From: Octopus vulgaris
Taxonomy: Eukaryota
Reading direction: 5' to 3'
Length of the DNA: 64,000 bases
Assembly: GCA_951406725.2 (NCBI GenBank)
Contig: OX597815.1
Coordinates: 203,546,001 to 203,610,000 of the forward strand
A program made the translations under genes and the position numbers. Positions 14,313 through 45,074 of the stretch are shown here, in pieces. The stretch's first letter is position 1. Each line of letters opens with the position of its first letter. The notes beneath the pieces are model-generated. The model saw nothing but the letters and a program-made list of their open reading frames with translations, was not told the DNA's origin and ran no database searches.

Positions 14313-16237
14313 TCACATATCTAAAAATCATAACGCACTTAATCCTCGTTAAACAAATTACCCAGCTGAAGTTCCCACGATTACTTCAATGCTTTGCTAC
14401 ATCATCACTGAAAGCTGTTCTGAGAAAAGCGCATATTTTCAGGATCAGAAAGACTACGTAAAATGATAGCTTTCCTAGTTGGACCAGAACGTGTTTCATC
14501 TGTCAAGAACGAGTAAATCCCTATAAAGCCCATTTGAAACCTGCAATACTCTCTAACTATACAGCATTGGATTTACTAGGCCGATTACGCATAAACACAT
14601 GACGCACGAATGTGGAGAAGGCAAGCTAAAACGGGTAACTGATCACGTAACTTACTTGTAGTAAGAATCTTGGCATAGATGTAAATACTATTTTGTATAG
14701 GTGTAGATGCGAGGTCAGATGAAACAAAAGAGTATCAATTTTGCAGGAGAATCAGGTTCTGCAATGCAATCGACTTATGTTGAATCTATTTCATTTTCTG
14801 CCACACAGATATGACATGAATACTCTTGCAGCTACATCATCCTATGTTGGGCTTGATCAAAGTCATTCTATTTGCGTTATTTCCGTCTTTTTAAGGGATG
14901 AAGATCGACAATTTCTAATGCATCCTTTTCTTTTCATAATTCGGTAGAAAGTCATATTGCTGTCTCGGCGAAACTTTTCACATATCACTTGCAGACATCG
15001 TGAAAAAAGTACTTCTTCGAGTCCTAGAACTTACAGGACCGGTTACTCGGTTTCCACGGTGCATAAATGACCAAGACCACCCTACCTCTGCCCTGAACTG
15101 GACGCCAGCCTGCCACTAGGTTACTCACGGTAGTGGACTAGAGATACGTGAGGTGAAGTGTTTTACTCAACATGGTATCATCCGGTGGGGGTATCAAAGC
15201 CACAGTCTTGCAATCATGAATGCGACTTTTCTAACTACTAGGCCACAAGCCTTCACAGTAGAGTATGATGTTATGGAATTTTGATTGCTTTTCCTTGCAG
15301 GTCGACTGACCATACTGAGACACTCTTACTGATACTTGCTGAAAGACAGTGTTTTCTGAAGAGCTTGACAAATGACATACATGTACAAATTTAAAACACT
15401 TCATGTTACGGTGTTACCTTTGAAATTCATGCATATTTAGTAGAACATAGTACTAATAATGAGTGCATTTGATACCCAAAGAAGTTATATGTAGTCTTTC
15501 GTTGTTTACATTTACAATTAGGTAGATTCAAGTACAGAGAGTTTAATATCTTCACTGTGATCACCTTTTAAGAACGATGACGTGGCAAGACCATTGCTTC
15601 ATAACACACCGACTGAAGCAGTTGCAACCCTATAATATTGTTGCTGCTGCTGTTGCTAAGCTCCATGGTAGTCTCAATCGACCAGATGGTTGTTGTAGTT
15701 TAGTGCAAAGTAGCCATGATCAAGTAGTGTATCTAGGACTACATAATCTAGAGAGACGGTTGGGTGGGGTTGGAGTGTGGTTTGGTAGCTGATTTTATCA
15801 AGCCCAACGAACAAGCCCTTAGAAGACCTACGTTGATAATGAACTCAGCTGCTACAAATCTAATACCAGATGGCTTTACAAGACATTTAGACATACAACA
15901 GGTTGACAAAGTAAAAGAAAAAGAATTAACATCAGGTATAACTGTGTAGTAAAAAAAATTGGCTTCACGGTCACGCGGCTCTGAGTTCAGTCCCACAGGA
16001 TAGCACCTTAGTAAAGTGTCTTCAGCTAGAGCCCCGGTTTGAGCAAAACCTTTGGATGAATTTGTCAGATGGAAACAGAAGGAAGACTATTGTGATTATG
16101 ATCCTGAAAATATGCGCTTTCCTCAGAACAGCTATCAGTGATGATGTAGCAAAACATTTGAAGTAATCGTGGAAACTTCAGCTGGGTAATTTGTTTAACG
16201 AGGATTAAGTGCGTTATGTTTTTTTTTAGATATGTGA
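14313..16237. repeat. ~135-bp inverted repeat pair (14313-14447 / 16099-16237)
   Basis: The two arms are reverse complements with only a few mismatches and small indels. Confidence 0.9.
15942..16090 (+). mobile_element. SINE family B head (old, truncated)
   Basis: gagttcagtcccacag..gcacctt..aagtgtcttc..atttgtcagatggaaac. Confidence 0.6.
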
Positions 16238-16385
16238 CCTCGTGAGTACCGCCAGCGATTTTTTTTCCTCTGTCTTCCCTTCTCGGGATCTTTCCTTCTC
16301 CTATGTTTCCTGAGCGTCCAATAATACTTTATTTGTTCCACGTCCTCGCGTTGCTGTGTTTTTTTTTGTGTTTTCTTGTTTGGAT

Positions 16386-16421
<36 letters not shown>

Positions 16422-17011
16422 TGTATGTGTGAGTGTGTGCATCTATTTGTGCTTCCTACTGTAACATTGTATGATAGTTATTTACTTATTGCCACCTTTA
16501 TACATGCGATATTTTCATTTCCAGTCTTCCATGAAAACGTGTTTGGTCATGGCAAAATATTAGTTTGTTTGAAAAGGAGTTTTGGTGACAGGATGGGCAT
16601 AAGGCTGTAGTATATCTGCTTCAAGGAATTCTGTTTGATCCATCCAGGAATAGAAAAGTGGGTATTAAAGGAGGATACCGAAGTTGATGATGATGTCATT
16701 TTCAGAGCGCACGTGCCCGTTTGATTCATTGCACAGGATGTTGTGCGCTAAGCTGGAGAGTTGTTATCCTTATCGTACGATCAATAAAAGAGTGTACGTT
16801 CAAAGGGTTTTCGATACGTAAACCACAACTCTGCCTAATATTTTTTTGTGATCATCATCATCAGTTACAAACAACTCCTGAAAAAAAGCAGCAAAACCAA
16901 CGAAAATGAACAGCAAAAAACAACAGTTTAAAGCAAAGATTAAATAATTATGTGAAACTTTCATAAGTGCCATCAATATTTTCTTTATTCATTGATAAAT
17001 TTACATGTTTA

Positions 17012-17014
<3 letters not shown>

Positions 17015-17058
<44 letters not shown>

Positions 17059-17254
17059 GTATGCGTGTATATATGTATGTATATATGTATGTATATATAT
17101 ATATATATCCATGTGAATGTATATACAAACATACGTATATATATATGTATATATATATATATGTGAGTGTATATATATGTATATATATTATATCATCAGT
17201 GTATTATATTATTATATATATGCATAGTAATGCGTATTATATAGTGTATATCTA

Positions 17255-17290
<36 letters not shown>

Positions 17291-17789
17291 TACATGCATT
17301 AATATATAACACACATATTTAGTGCGTATGTATGTATATATATATATATATGTATATATATATGTCTCTCTCACTCTCTCCATATATATACATACATACA
17401 TACATATATATACATATGTACTTATACATATATATATATGCATATACATACATATTTAAATTTATACATATATAAATAAATATATATATATACATATATA
17501 AACAAATACATATATATGTATTTATATATATCCAGTATATTTTTGTTGTATAAACATGCATTGAATTTTTATAATAATATTTCTGTCTTCCGGTCTAGAT
17601 TTCTCAGTATTTTTATTGGTCTCCTTTTCATTATAAGGTTAATTGTTGTATGTGTTGGAGTGTTTATATTAATAAATAATAATGAAATTGAACAAAATAA
17701 AGAGGAAACTGACAAACAAGTATATATATATGCTGTAAATGTATGTTTGTGTGCGTATATGTAAATATATGTAGGTATGTATTTGTTAT

Positions 17790-17833
<44 letters not shown>

Positions 17834-18100
17834 TGGATATACATAAGCAAACATATAGGGTGTTTAAAAAGTCTCTCCGCAGTGATTTTCTTCATCCTGA
17901 CTCTCCAAGATGTATTTCAAAACATGTGTAGAAGAGTGAACCTCTGTATTGAAAATGAAGGACAATACTTTCAACACCTCTGGTAAAGTTTTTAAAGTCC
18001 TGTAAAGTCTAATATATTCTTTTGTAGTCTTATACCATCTTATAGATATTAATTTTATTTTGCAATAAAATACTTACTGCAGAGAGACGTTTTGAACACC

Positions 18101-18153
<53 letters not shown>

Positions 18154-18293
18154 CACACACATATAGATGTAGAAGCATACATACATACATACATACATAC
18201 ATACATGCATACATACATATATATATATACTGGACATGCGTATGTGCATATACATATATGTGTACACATATGCATAAATTTATACACACACAG

Positions 18294-18324
<31 letters not shown>

Positions 18325-18363
18325 CACACACATATGCACACACACACACATAGAGATGTAGAA

Positions 18364-18402
<39 letters not shown>

Positions 18403-18888
18403 TATATGTATATATATAGATAGATATAGATATATATACAAATACATATACATACACATACACACATACACATACACACATATGTATATATACACACATA
18501 TGCACACACACACACATAGAGATGTAGAAGTGTGTGTATATATATATACATATATATATATGTATATATATAGATATAGATATAGATATATATACAAATT
18601 TATATACATACACATACACACATATGTATATATACACACACACATACATTCATATATATTCACATTAACGTCTATACACGCAAAGCGCACACGCACACGC
18701 ACACAGAGACACACATATGTATATATGTATATGTATATATATCACAACATTGAAAACAAAAAAGCGGTTCTGGGGAAGTTCGGTCGCTGCTCTGGTTTGG
18801 TCCGGTCAAGTTTTGTTTGAAATAGTTTGAAATTATGTGCAGAAAAACTGAATTACTAATAATAATAAAAATAATAATGATAATAATA

Positions 18889-18967
<79 letters not shown>

Positions 18968-19020
18968 TAATAATAATAATAATAATAACTACAGCAACAA
19001 TGAAAATAATATTTTTCTAA

Positions 19021-19070
<50 letters not shown>

Positions 19071-19110
19071 TAGTAATGTTAATAGTGAGAAATAAAATGA
19101 TAATAACTTA
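17015..19110. repeat. Compound TA/CA/TACA and TAA microsatellite field
   Basis: Direct reading; includes a higher-order unit tatgcacacac..atagatgtagaag three times (about 18144, 18333, 18500). Confidence 0.95.
17856..18103 (+). mobile_element. Internally deleted Tc1/mariner-type element (MITE-like)
   Basis: Imperfect ~28-bp TIRs (agggtgtttaaaaagtctctccgcagt / actgcagagagacgttttgaacaccgt); the interior encodes the transposase C-terminus RRVNLCIENEGQYFQHL. Confidence 0.75.
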
Positions 19111-20154
19111 GGATTTAACAAATACAACAACAGCAGCAACAACAACAAAAATTGCAACAACAGTAACAGAAGTATTCTGTAACATGGTTTTGTTTGTTGG
19201 AATGGGAAGAGGGTGGTCTGTGGTAATATTTGTGATGGTGGTGGTATTGGTGTAGTAGTAGTAGTAGTGTATATTAGTAGTGGTAATAGTAGGAAGCGAA
19301 GGTAGGGATAATTTACAAAAATAAAATTTCACAAATAAATATTTTTTTTTTCCTGTTTTTCTTTTTTCTTTGCATTGAAAGAAGGCAGATGAAATAAAAA
19401 GATTGTTGTAAATTTAAAAAAAAAAAAGGATAGAATTAATTTTTTTACTCTTTATATTCTGTGTGTGCATGTGTTTATGTACATGAAGATATGTGTGTGC
19501 GCGCGCGCGTGTACTTGCGCGTGTGTGTGTGTCTGCGGATGTAAGTGTGCATTATTTTAAACTTTTCAAATTTACTTTTCTAATTAATTATTGTGTCGTA
19601 ATCTATGTGTATAGTTGTTTATGTTTTATAAATAACGATTAAATGAACAATTTGTGACTAGGATGTGTTTTGTTTAGTTATTGTTTTTCATTTATCTTTG
19701 TATGTTTATATGTATTTTTTTAACTGGAATTGAAAACTACTCGTCAAAAAAAAAATGAAAAAAAGAAAAATTATAATAAAAAGAAGCATTCCAAGGGAGA
19801 GCACTTTGTGTTTTCTTTTTTTTTTTACTTCTTTTATTATTAGTTCATCATATAGTTTTTCATGTCAGTTTTCACTAGCCAGATAGTTTTAAGGTGTCTA
19901 TTCGTATGATTCGTAATTTATCAGCTATCATAAATATTTTGTTTTAAATGTTCCTTTTCTTCGAGTCTGTCTGTCATTCTTTCTTCCTCCTTTCCTTGTT
20001 TACTTCTTTCTCCCTGTCATTATATATTACTTTCTTTTCTCTCTTCTTTTCTTTCTCTCTGCTTTCATTTTTTAAATTTTATTTTTGGCATAGTGTTGGG
20101 TTACAGTGGGTGCTATTTCCATAAGTTTCCCCTTCCCGAAAATGGTATGTTAAA

Positions 20155-37260
<17,106 letters not shown>

Positions 37261-37536
37261 CTAAAATGAAATAAAACAAAGAGAAATAAATATTAGTAAA
37301 TACAACTGACACGAAGACATATATGCTTGCTCATACTTTGCAAGATCACATATTTCCGTTAAGATCATAATAAATTATACAATTACAGGCAGAGCTGATC
37401 TGAATCGCCAGAATTCAGGTCAAAGAATTATCATTCTACATCATAGCCTATGAAATGCTATGTTCATCGACATTTAACTTTCGATTAGATAGTTCATATC
37501 GATGGAATATTTATAAGGATTGTCCAAGATATATGC

Positions 37537-37691
37537 ATGTATGTATGTATGTATGTATGTATGTATGTATGTATGTATGTATGTATGTATGTATGTATGT
37601 ATGTATGTATGTATGTATGTATGTATGTATGTATGTATGTATGTATGTATGTATGTATGTGTGTGTATGTGTATGTGTATGTGTGTGTGTG
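37537..37691. repeat. (TATG)n microsatellite
   Basis: Direct reading. Confidence 0.98.
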
Positions 37692-37785
37692 GTGTATTTA
37701 CGAGGGGGTAATCAAAAGTAACCAAGAACGTTCTCTGTGAGACAAACCCATTGTATTTCAGATTTCAGCTGCTATCTATATAGAT

Positions 37786-37975
37786 TTTGGCACAAAGCCA
37801 GAAAAGTCGCGGGAGCGGATAAGTCGATTAAATGGATTCCAGTGCTCAACTAGTACTTATTTTATCGACCCCGAACGAGATGAAAGGTGAAGTCGACTTC
37901 GGTGGAATTTGAAATCAGATGGACGAAATGCCACTAACCTTTTTATCAAGAGTGGTAACAATTGTGCCTGCTCAC
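37786..37975 (-). mobile_element. SINE family A (decayed)
   Basis: tagtacttattttatcgaccccgaa..gatgaaagg..gtcgac core. Confidence 0.75.
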
Positions 37976-38149
37976 CATCTTTTATATAATAATGAGAGAG
38001 AGAGAGGTTATGAGAGGCAATGGTGTCAGTAAGACCCAAAGGTGTTAGGCAATGCTGAGTAAGTTCTATGGATAGACCATAGCTAAGCTCCAGGTTCGGT
38101 GATTATGCGAATAGAGTCCAATGTAGGTCATATATCAGCGTTTGTATAT

Positions 38150-38700
38150 ATGAAAATTTTGTTTTCAGAATGAGATAAAAAACCAAGGCTGTGAAGATTT
38201 TAGAACATTTATAAATAGATCTCACGGCTGTTTCCAGAATATTTGTAATATCCCTTCACCGGAGACGGTGTGAGAAGGTGGTTAAGCAACAGTTAATTTA
38301 GATAAGATACGAAATAGAGAGTGAAGTGGAGGAATGAAAATAGATGAGATATGCAGGGATATTGCATTTGTAGATCCATTATTTAGGCAGAATGGTATAC
38401 ATATAAGATACCAATATATTGTGAGTAAAATCCAATAGTATCAAAAAAGTGGTCATTCCAATTATAGAGTGTGTACACAGTGCTATTGAATCAAGGTTTT
38501 ATTTAAAGTGACCTAAAAGTAGAGAATGTATTTGTAAGGTCAAATCGAAAAGAAGAGAGGAATAAAGAAAAAACGTAAAAGAAGGAGAGATATAATAAGG
38601 GAAAGTTTACCAGTTAGTGGTCAGTCAAGATAATTTGAAAGTAGGAATGGGGAGATGGGGGTGATAGAGAGAGAGAAAGGTATTAGAGTGTAAAAAGATA
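38150..38700 (-). mobile_element. Decayed Penelope-like terminal region
   Basis: Degenerate hammerhead at 38219-38266 with strongly strand-skewed flanking sequence. Confidence 0.35.
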
Positions 38701-38847
38701 GAAGGAATGGAGGGTGATAGAGAGAGAGAGAGAAGTATAACAAGTAAATCTCAAAAGGGGAGATGTTGTGGCGAGAGCACCAACCCCCGCGAGAGTAGAC
38801 TCAACCGAACGACTATAAATAGTAGCGGTCTGAGTGAGAGCAGAGTG

Positions 38848-39075
38848 CAGCGAGCTGGCAGAAACTTTAGCACGCCGAGCGAAATACTTTGCGGTATTTC
38901 GTCTGTTGTTACGTTCTGAGTTCAAATTCCGCCGAGGTCGACTTTGCCTTTCATCCTGTCGAGGTCGATAAATAAAGTACCAGTTTCGCACTGGGGTCGA
39001 TGTAATCGACTTAATCCGTTTGTCTGTCCTTGTTTTTCCCCTCTATGTTTAGCCCCTTGTGGGTAGTAAAGAAAT
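38848..39075 (+). mobile_element. SINE family A, tail variant 2
   Basis: Family A core with tail ttaatccgtttgtctgtcc..gccccttgtgggtagtaaagaaata. Confidence 0.9.
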
Positions 39076-39814
39076 ATATAGTTAATCGCAGGAAGTCGTA
39101 GGGTGTCGTTCTGGTAGTTTGTCGGAATATCGTTTGTTGATTAGTGTATAGTTCGTGGAGAATTTGTTGGATTGTTAGGTTGTTGTTACTCTGCTTCGTT
39201 GTATGTTTTATTGTTACTACACGGTTATAGTGTAAAAAAAAAAGTACCGTCATAACAATTGGTGATATAACAATACTGGCTAACAGTAACTATGTTACAA
39301 TAGCTACTGAACGAGGTCAACTTAGAACGTAAATATGGTAAAGCATGTCCATAACTCTAATGTGTCTGACTAGAATAATTTGATAGGTATTAAAAAGGAA
39401 TATACACATACATAAACATAGATACATATACACATGCATAAACACATATATAAGAGCGATGTATCTACATAGATATATTTAAAAACAGGTCCACATTACT
39501 TAAAAGTTTTATGGACATAGAATACGTTCCGATCATCAGATATTCGGAGAGAGTGTGAGAAGAGACAAATTGAAGAGAATATAAATTTCTTTTAAATTCT
39601 CTTGTACACCCATGAAACTTTAAGTAATCTATCAGTTCTACGAATTATATTATCAAAAAACATATAATTCCAATTAAACGTTTTGAGTATCCCTTGCTTT
39701 TGTCTAATAACCTATATAATCTCATTGAAGTACACCAAAACAAAATGTGTGTGTGTGTGTGTGTGTATTGTTCGATAAAAGATAAATCATCACATTATGG
39801 TGCTGGTAATTTAC

Positions 39815-40180
39815 ATAAAATTATAATTGCTGCCAAAATAAAGCGATATCTAAATAAAAGAAAAAATATAAATTCATCATTTTAATGACATCAATTTGTT
39901 TAATTAGGTTATATAACATTTGACGGGGTATATTCTGTTCACTAGTCACAATGTTGAACGAAATAACATCACATTATATAAATGTTAGTCATGCTGTTTA
40001 GCTGCAGTGGGCGAATGCAGCATTTGGTTTATGAGTGTGAGTGCACTTAACCGTTTTTACAAATACATTGTTTGAAACAGCAGGCAACCGTTTTTGTTTC
40101 AGGAACCTTAATTCCATACATATCCGTTACCGTACATGTTACGTAAGTGGAATTCACCCAGTTTTGCTGAGATGACACAT
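39815..40180 (-). CDS. Tentative signal-peptide exons 40180-40158 and 39849-39815 of the IMP-L2/ZIG-like gene
   Basis: ATG..ACT GG|gtgaat, then ttcttttatttag|A TAT CGC..TTA T|gtaaat, splice in frame to 37260, giving MCHLSKTGYRFILAAIIILFSGK and a 241-aa protein. Donors and start context are imperfect. Confidence 0.35.
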
Positions 40181-40425
40181 TTACAAGCAGTATCCACACT
40201 CCCACGCGTTATATACATATATACATAAATATATACCCACGAACACATACATATATACACCCACGCATACACACAATCTGAGAATTACTGTCGAAAGAGT
40301 TAAACTGAGTTTCATAACTCCTTCTCTCTCTCTCTCTCTCTCTCTCTCGCTTCTTTATACAGATAAAGAAAAAGAGACAACTAAACATAGAGATAGATAT
40401 AGAGAAAGTGATAAGCAGATGAATT

Positions 40426-40479
<54 letters not shown>

Positions 40480-40659
40480 TAGAGACAGAGACAGAGAGAA
40501 ATAGATATAGGCGAAAGCAGTGTGGGAGTTAAGTGTTTGTATTTTAGTTTTACTCAAATTTGAGTTACTGCAAATTTTGCAGACCCAAAGAAGTTCGTTT
40601 GACCATTCGGCCGTTTTAATAACGCGTATTGAAGCGCTTGAGGATAAGACGTGCGTTAT

Positions 40660-40775
40660 GAGACTGTGCAGTTTTAGTGTCTTAAATTCGAGTTGATATT
40701 GCCCCCCCCCCCCCCGTCCCGTCACACACTCATATATACACACGCATACACCCACAACAATCAGGCCAATCGGGA
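40660..40775 (-). promoter_or_regulatory. Candidate promoter region with CCAAT box
   Basis: GGCCAATCG (NF-Y-like) at 40764-40772, a poly-C/G run near 40702-40716 and an Inr-like ACAGTC near 40665, in non-repetitive sequence about 0.5 kb upstream of the tentative ATG. Confidence 0.3.
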
Positions 40776-41324
40776 AAAATGGTTTGGTCAGTCGCCTCTG
40801 TTGCACTGTGCAGCTCGTATCTGGCACTGTCCAACTTCAACTTCTATTTGTTCAATCCAATGAAGAACTGTCTTTGCAGACGAAGTGAAAGGGCTGTAAA
40901 AACGTGAGAACAATAATGCAAACAAACCTAAGTTACGTCAAAATTTACTGGAAAGTTAGCTTCGACGATGGCACAAATGCTTCGCGTTTGACGAAGATTA
41001 TGCTGAGTTGTACCTTTGTGTAGAGGGAAAGTTACTCTAACGACCTATATCAGTTTATAAAAATGCAATGCTCACTTTTGCATTATTTGGTACAACTTTC
41101 ATTTGAGTGTGTGTGTGTGTGTGTATGCGTGTGTATGTAATTGTTTGTTTGCTTGTTTGTGTGTGTGCGCGCGCGTATGAGCGAATACATGTACTTGTCT
41201 AGTTTTATTAAACGGCAATTTCTGAAAAGAATGTGCTACAAATATATAGCGCTGATGGGGTGATGGACGTAGAGAAAGAGAGGGAGCAGCAGCAACAGTA
41301 CTAGTAGTAACAGTGGTGGTGGTG

Positions 41325-41360
<36 letters not shown>

Positions 41361-42389
41361 GTTGATATATGCTAATGATGGGACTAATTTAAGACATAAC
41401 TGAAAAAATTGGCGAGCGTAAATGATTTAAAAATATAAAGGTTAAACATAGTATAGTGAGGACAACAAACGGATCGGTTAGAGAAAAACAGTCAAGAAGT
41501 GGATGGAAAGTCAGGAATTCTAAATGTTTTGTCTGAGGTGTGTTGAAATCAGGGAGTGAAGGTGCGGCGTTCTTTTGAATTAAGCTTGAAGGTCAGGCGC
41601 ATCCAGTTGCTTTTAATGGCAAGGTTCGAACTTTGGCAATCGTAGAAGGTTGGTTGTAAATGTTACAATTTAAAATAGCTTTTTTTTTTTTTCAAAACTC
41701 TATCTGAAAACATGTCCTGCGAATGGCAATGTCATGGCATGATCGTTTTCAGGCGGCGGTCAGGAATTACGGGTATGAATCTTTGTTCCTGCGTCGATTT
41801 CGATTTCTACAACGAAGAAACTCGCGCGATATTTGAATTTCTGATAAAATACCTCAAGCTTTAACAAACCTTTGTTTCCATATGCCATCTCAAATTGAAC
41901 GCAATTCTTTGACTTTTTAAGCAATTTGGTTATATCAAATTTACTTTCTTTGTGTAAACTATTCGCCGAAAGTATGAGATGCGTACGTCAAAATGTGAGT
42001 TTCTGTCTTTAGGTTTAGTAGCATTATTAGATGTTTTCAAATAATATCTTTGTTTGTATATCGCCATTCTCATTTCTCGTATAGAGAAATTCGGAAACAA
42101 ATACGTTTTTCGCATTCTTCTCTCTCAGCAACTGTGAGGTGTGAATGAGGAAGAAATAAATAAGAGATGTGTGTTTGCTACGAGTAAAATCATTTACAGA
42201 AAAGTTACTGTAGACAAAGGGCTCAAATCTAGAAATTCCTATTAATGTATTATTATTATTATTCCTATAATAATATTATTCCTATATAATATTATTATTA
42301 TTCCTACAATGTATAATTAGCTAACACTATTGGCTACATATGTTTGTATATGGAGCCGAGATGAATAAATTTTAAGGTCCACGAGAAAA

Positions 42390-42789
42390 TCTTAATATAT
42401 AAAAGTGAGGTTGTGTGCTGTCTGTCTCCTACGATTTAAATTCCTAACTACTCCCACATTTTGCGGTGCAGTTTAACCAAAACCGGGTATCTTATAGTCG
42501 TGATTTATATCGAGCCCTTTTGGGTATTAGCGCGCGTCTACGATGAGTCTACGATTTTAGAAATAATTTACCATCATTTTTTCCATTTTAATGCATTTTT
42601 TTCGTTATTATATAAGGGAAGTAACTCTCTAAAAATGTCTACGATGAGTCAACGATTAAAAAAAAATTTACCATCATTTTTTTTCCATTTTTAATGCCTT
42701 TTTTTGCTATATTTTGGCTATAACTCTCTAAAAATGCTTATATAGTTATTTCCCTTACAAACTCGAGCAACACCGAGCGATACTGCTAG
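42390..42789 (+). mobile_element. Non-autonomous Helitron (~400 bp)
   Basis: A|TCTTAATATATAAAA 5' end, subterminal imperfect hairpin ctcgagcaacaccgag, 3' CTAG|T, no TSD; internal ~60-bp duplication at 42538 and 42638. Confidence 0.8.
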
Positions 42790-42943
42790 TGTTTTATAAA
42801 AATGAAAACATGTCCAACCAGAATTTGTAATGGTGCTCCGTCAAAATATTTATAAATGTTAAGAGCCTGATTTTCGTCAACGTTGTCAGGTGTTTTTGTG
42901 TTTCCACATTTTCTTGTTTCTGTACTCCTTTTTCTTGTGGTGC

Positions 42944-44279
42944 AAATATTCAGAACTACATTATTCAATTATCTACTTTCTTACAAATATAGCAAGCTAT
43001 TCTGAGTGTTCGAGGTCACATAGAAGTTATCTTGCAAGCCAGTGAAGCTCGTTCGTTGGTTGAGCAGTCCACACGTAAGCCTTTAATATGCACTGAGCGG
43101 CAGAAGCTTAGGCAAGTTAATTACAATAGCAAAGAAAGCAAATAGCAAAGTCACCGGGGGGAAAAGTAACATTTAGGTATTAAATTTTCAACGAAAGAGT
43201 TTCTGAGTTATCACTTAATCTGTTGGAAGTCTGAGCCGAATCATCCTCAATTCACGTTCTACTGTTTTAAAAATGATAGAACACACTTATAGATACATTG
43301 TCTGTGGGAAAGAACTGATAGGATGTAGTTTCAAGAATCCCTTAACCATATATCAACTGGATCAGGGTTTACCTGGGAGTCAATTACAACAACTAGATTA
43401 TCAAGAAAATAATTTATTGCTACAGGTCTCTATTTGTCTGATTTGTATTGACATGAGAGCTGGGTAAAATTAAGATTGGAACCACAAGGAAAGAATTGTG
43501 GTTTTGATAAAATTAAGTTCCAGGCAGAGTATTTATGATAGGGATCAATTTATGCAATATGCCTTTCCTTTTCTTAACTATGATGATGTTTTGAGAGAAA
43601 TATGATAGCCATTTCTATCAGGTTGAGACACCAATAGTGTATCTCACATTGCTCGAAAAGAAATGGTATGTAACCAAAAGGTCTCTCAAAGTTTCTATAC
43701 TTTAGAGGACATTCATCACGAATACTACTTTATAAACATGAAACGTAAAGTGTAAATGTAAAGAAAAGGAGGTTAAATCAATATATGCCATTTCCGTCCT
43801 TGAATAAGACCTTCCATATCATTAGCTTCAATGTACAATATACAAAATAAAAGTACTTCAGCCATTGGCTCCTATCTCTCTCAGAATAAAATTCTGATAT
43901 GACTTACAAGAACGAAAGAAAAGAAAGAACGGAAAAAAATATGACATCAAAAATATTTCCCAAACAAGTAAAATGTGACGATAAAAGCTTTTGTTCCTGG
44001 TGACACTATCTATGATGAATTATAAAATTAAATGAGTAGTACTGTATTTACTTTCATGCCTTTTATACCTATTTGTACTGTATGACATCTAGTCGGATTC
44101 CATTCTTGTATGTTCTATTTTTGGTTTCCATTCTTTAAATTCCTTTTCAAAACGTAAGAGTTGATCTCCAAGGATCATAGTTTCTTTACTGAAATTTAGA
44201 TGGTGGTTTGTTGTTGAGCTTCAGGTCAATCCTAACCAAGTAAATCTATGATCAAAGGCACTGTAAGAGTGACTATCCC

Positions 44280-44334
<55 letters not shown>

Positions 44335-45007
44335 TGTGTGTGTTTATGTATATCGCTAAGTGTTTTTATAATTTTGTTTAAACTCTTGTTGTCACTCCAA
44401 AGGTAATACTGAACTAACAAATCTGGCGATGCGTTGCTTGAATCATGGGAGCCGTTCATGTTTCTGAAGTTTCTTTAAAATAATGTATCAGTTAATTTCT
44501 AAGGCTATTTAATATTCCGAAAAAGCATGTTAGATGTGAAGGTAATTAAAATAGAAGGCTAAAACCTCTGATCGAAGGCATTCAACCGTAATCATCCTGT
44601 ATCTTTTCCATACAGTATATATTTAAGATTGCGTTTTCCAATGTATCCGCCATATATGACGGTTTTGTTGCAATAGGGGGATGTGATTGATATTTCTACC
44701 AGGTTAACCGACCTCTTTGGATTACTGTCGCAATTACTCTCGGCAAGTCATACACTTTACGTATACACTTCTCTTGATCATTCACTGAAAAAGCACGAAT
44801 GTCACAGCTTGGCAATTTATAAAAACTAATTGGTGTCTATCACACAGGAATGTGATGAGCCGAGTTGTAAATTGTTTCTACTTGTAATTTCTATTTACAG
44901 TGGAACCTTCAAGGGAACCTCTTTCAGAAATAGCAGTCAAATCTCATTCAAATCAAAACTAAAGCGAGAAAAAGAGATAGAAAAAGAGAGAGATAGAGAG
45001 AGAGAAA

Positions 45008-45074
<67 letters not shown>

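Noticed and set aside
17015-18820. Many long ORFs (YIYI, VCVC, THTH, III runs) here and throughout the window
   Set aside because: They are translations of stop-free microsatellites, with no protein-like complexity.
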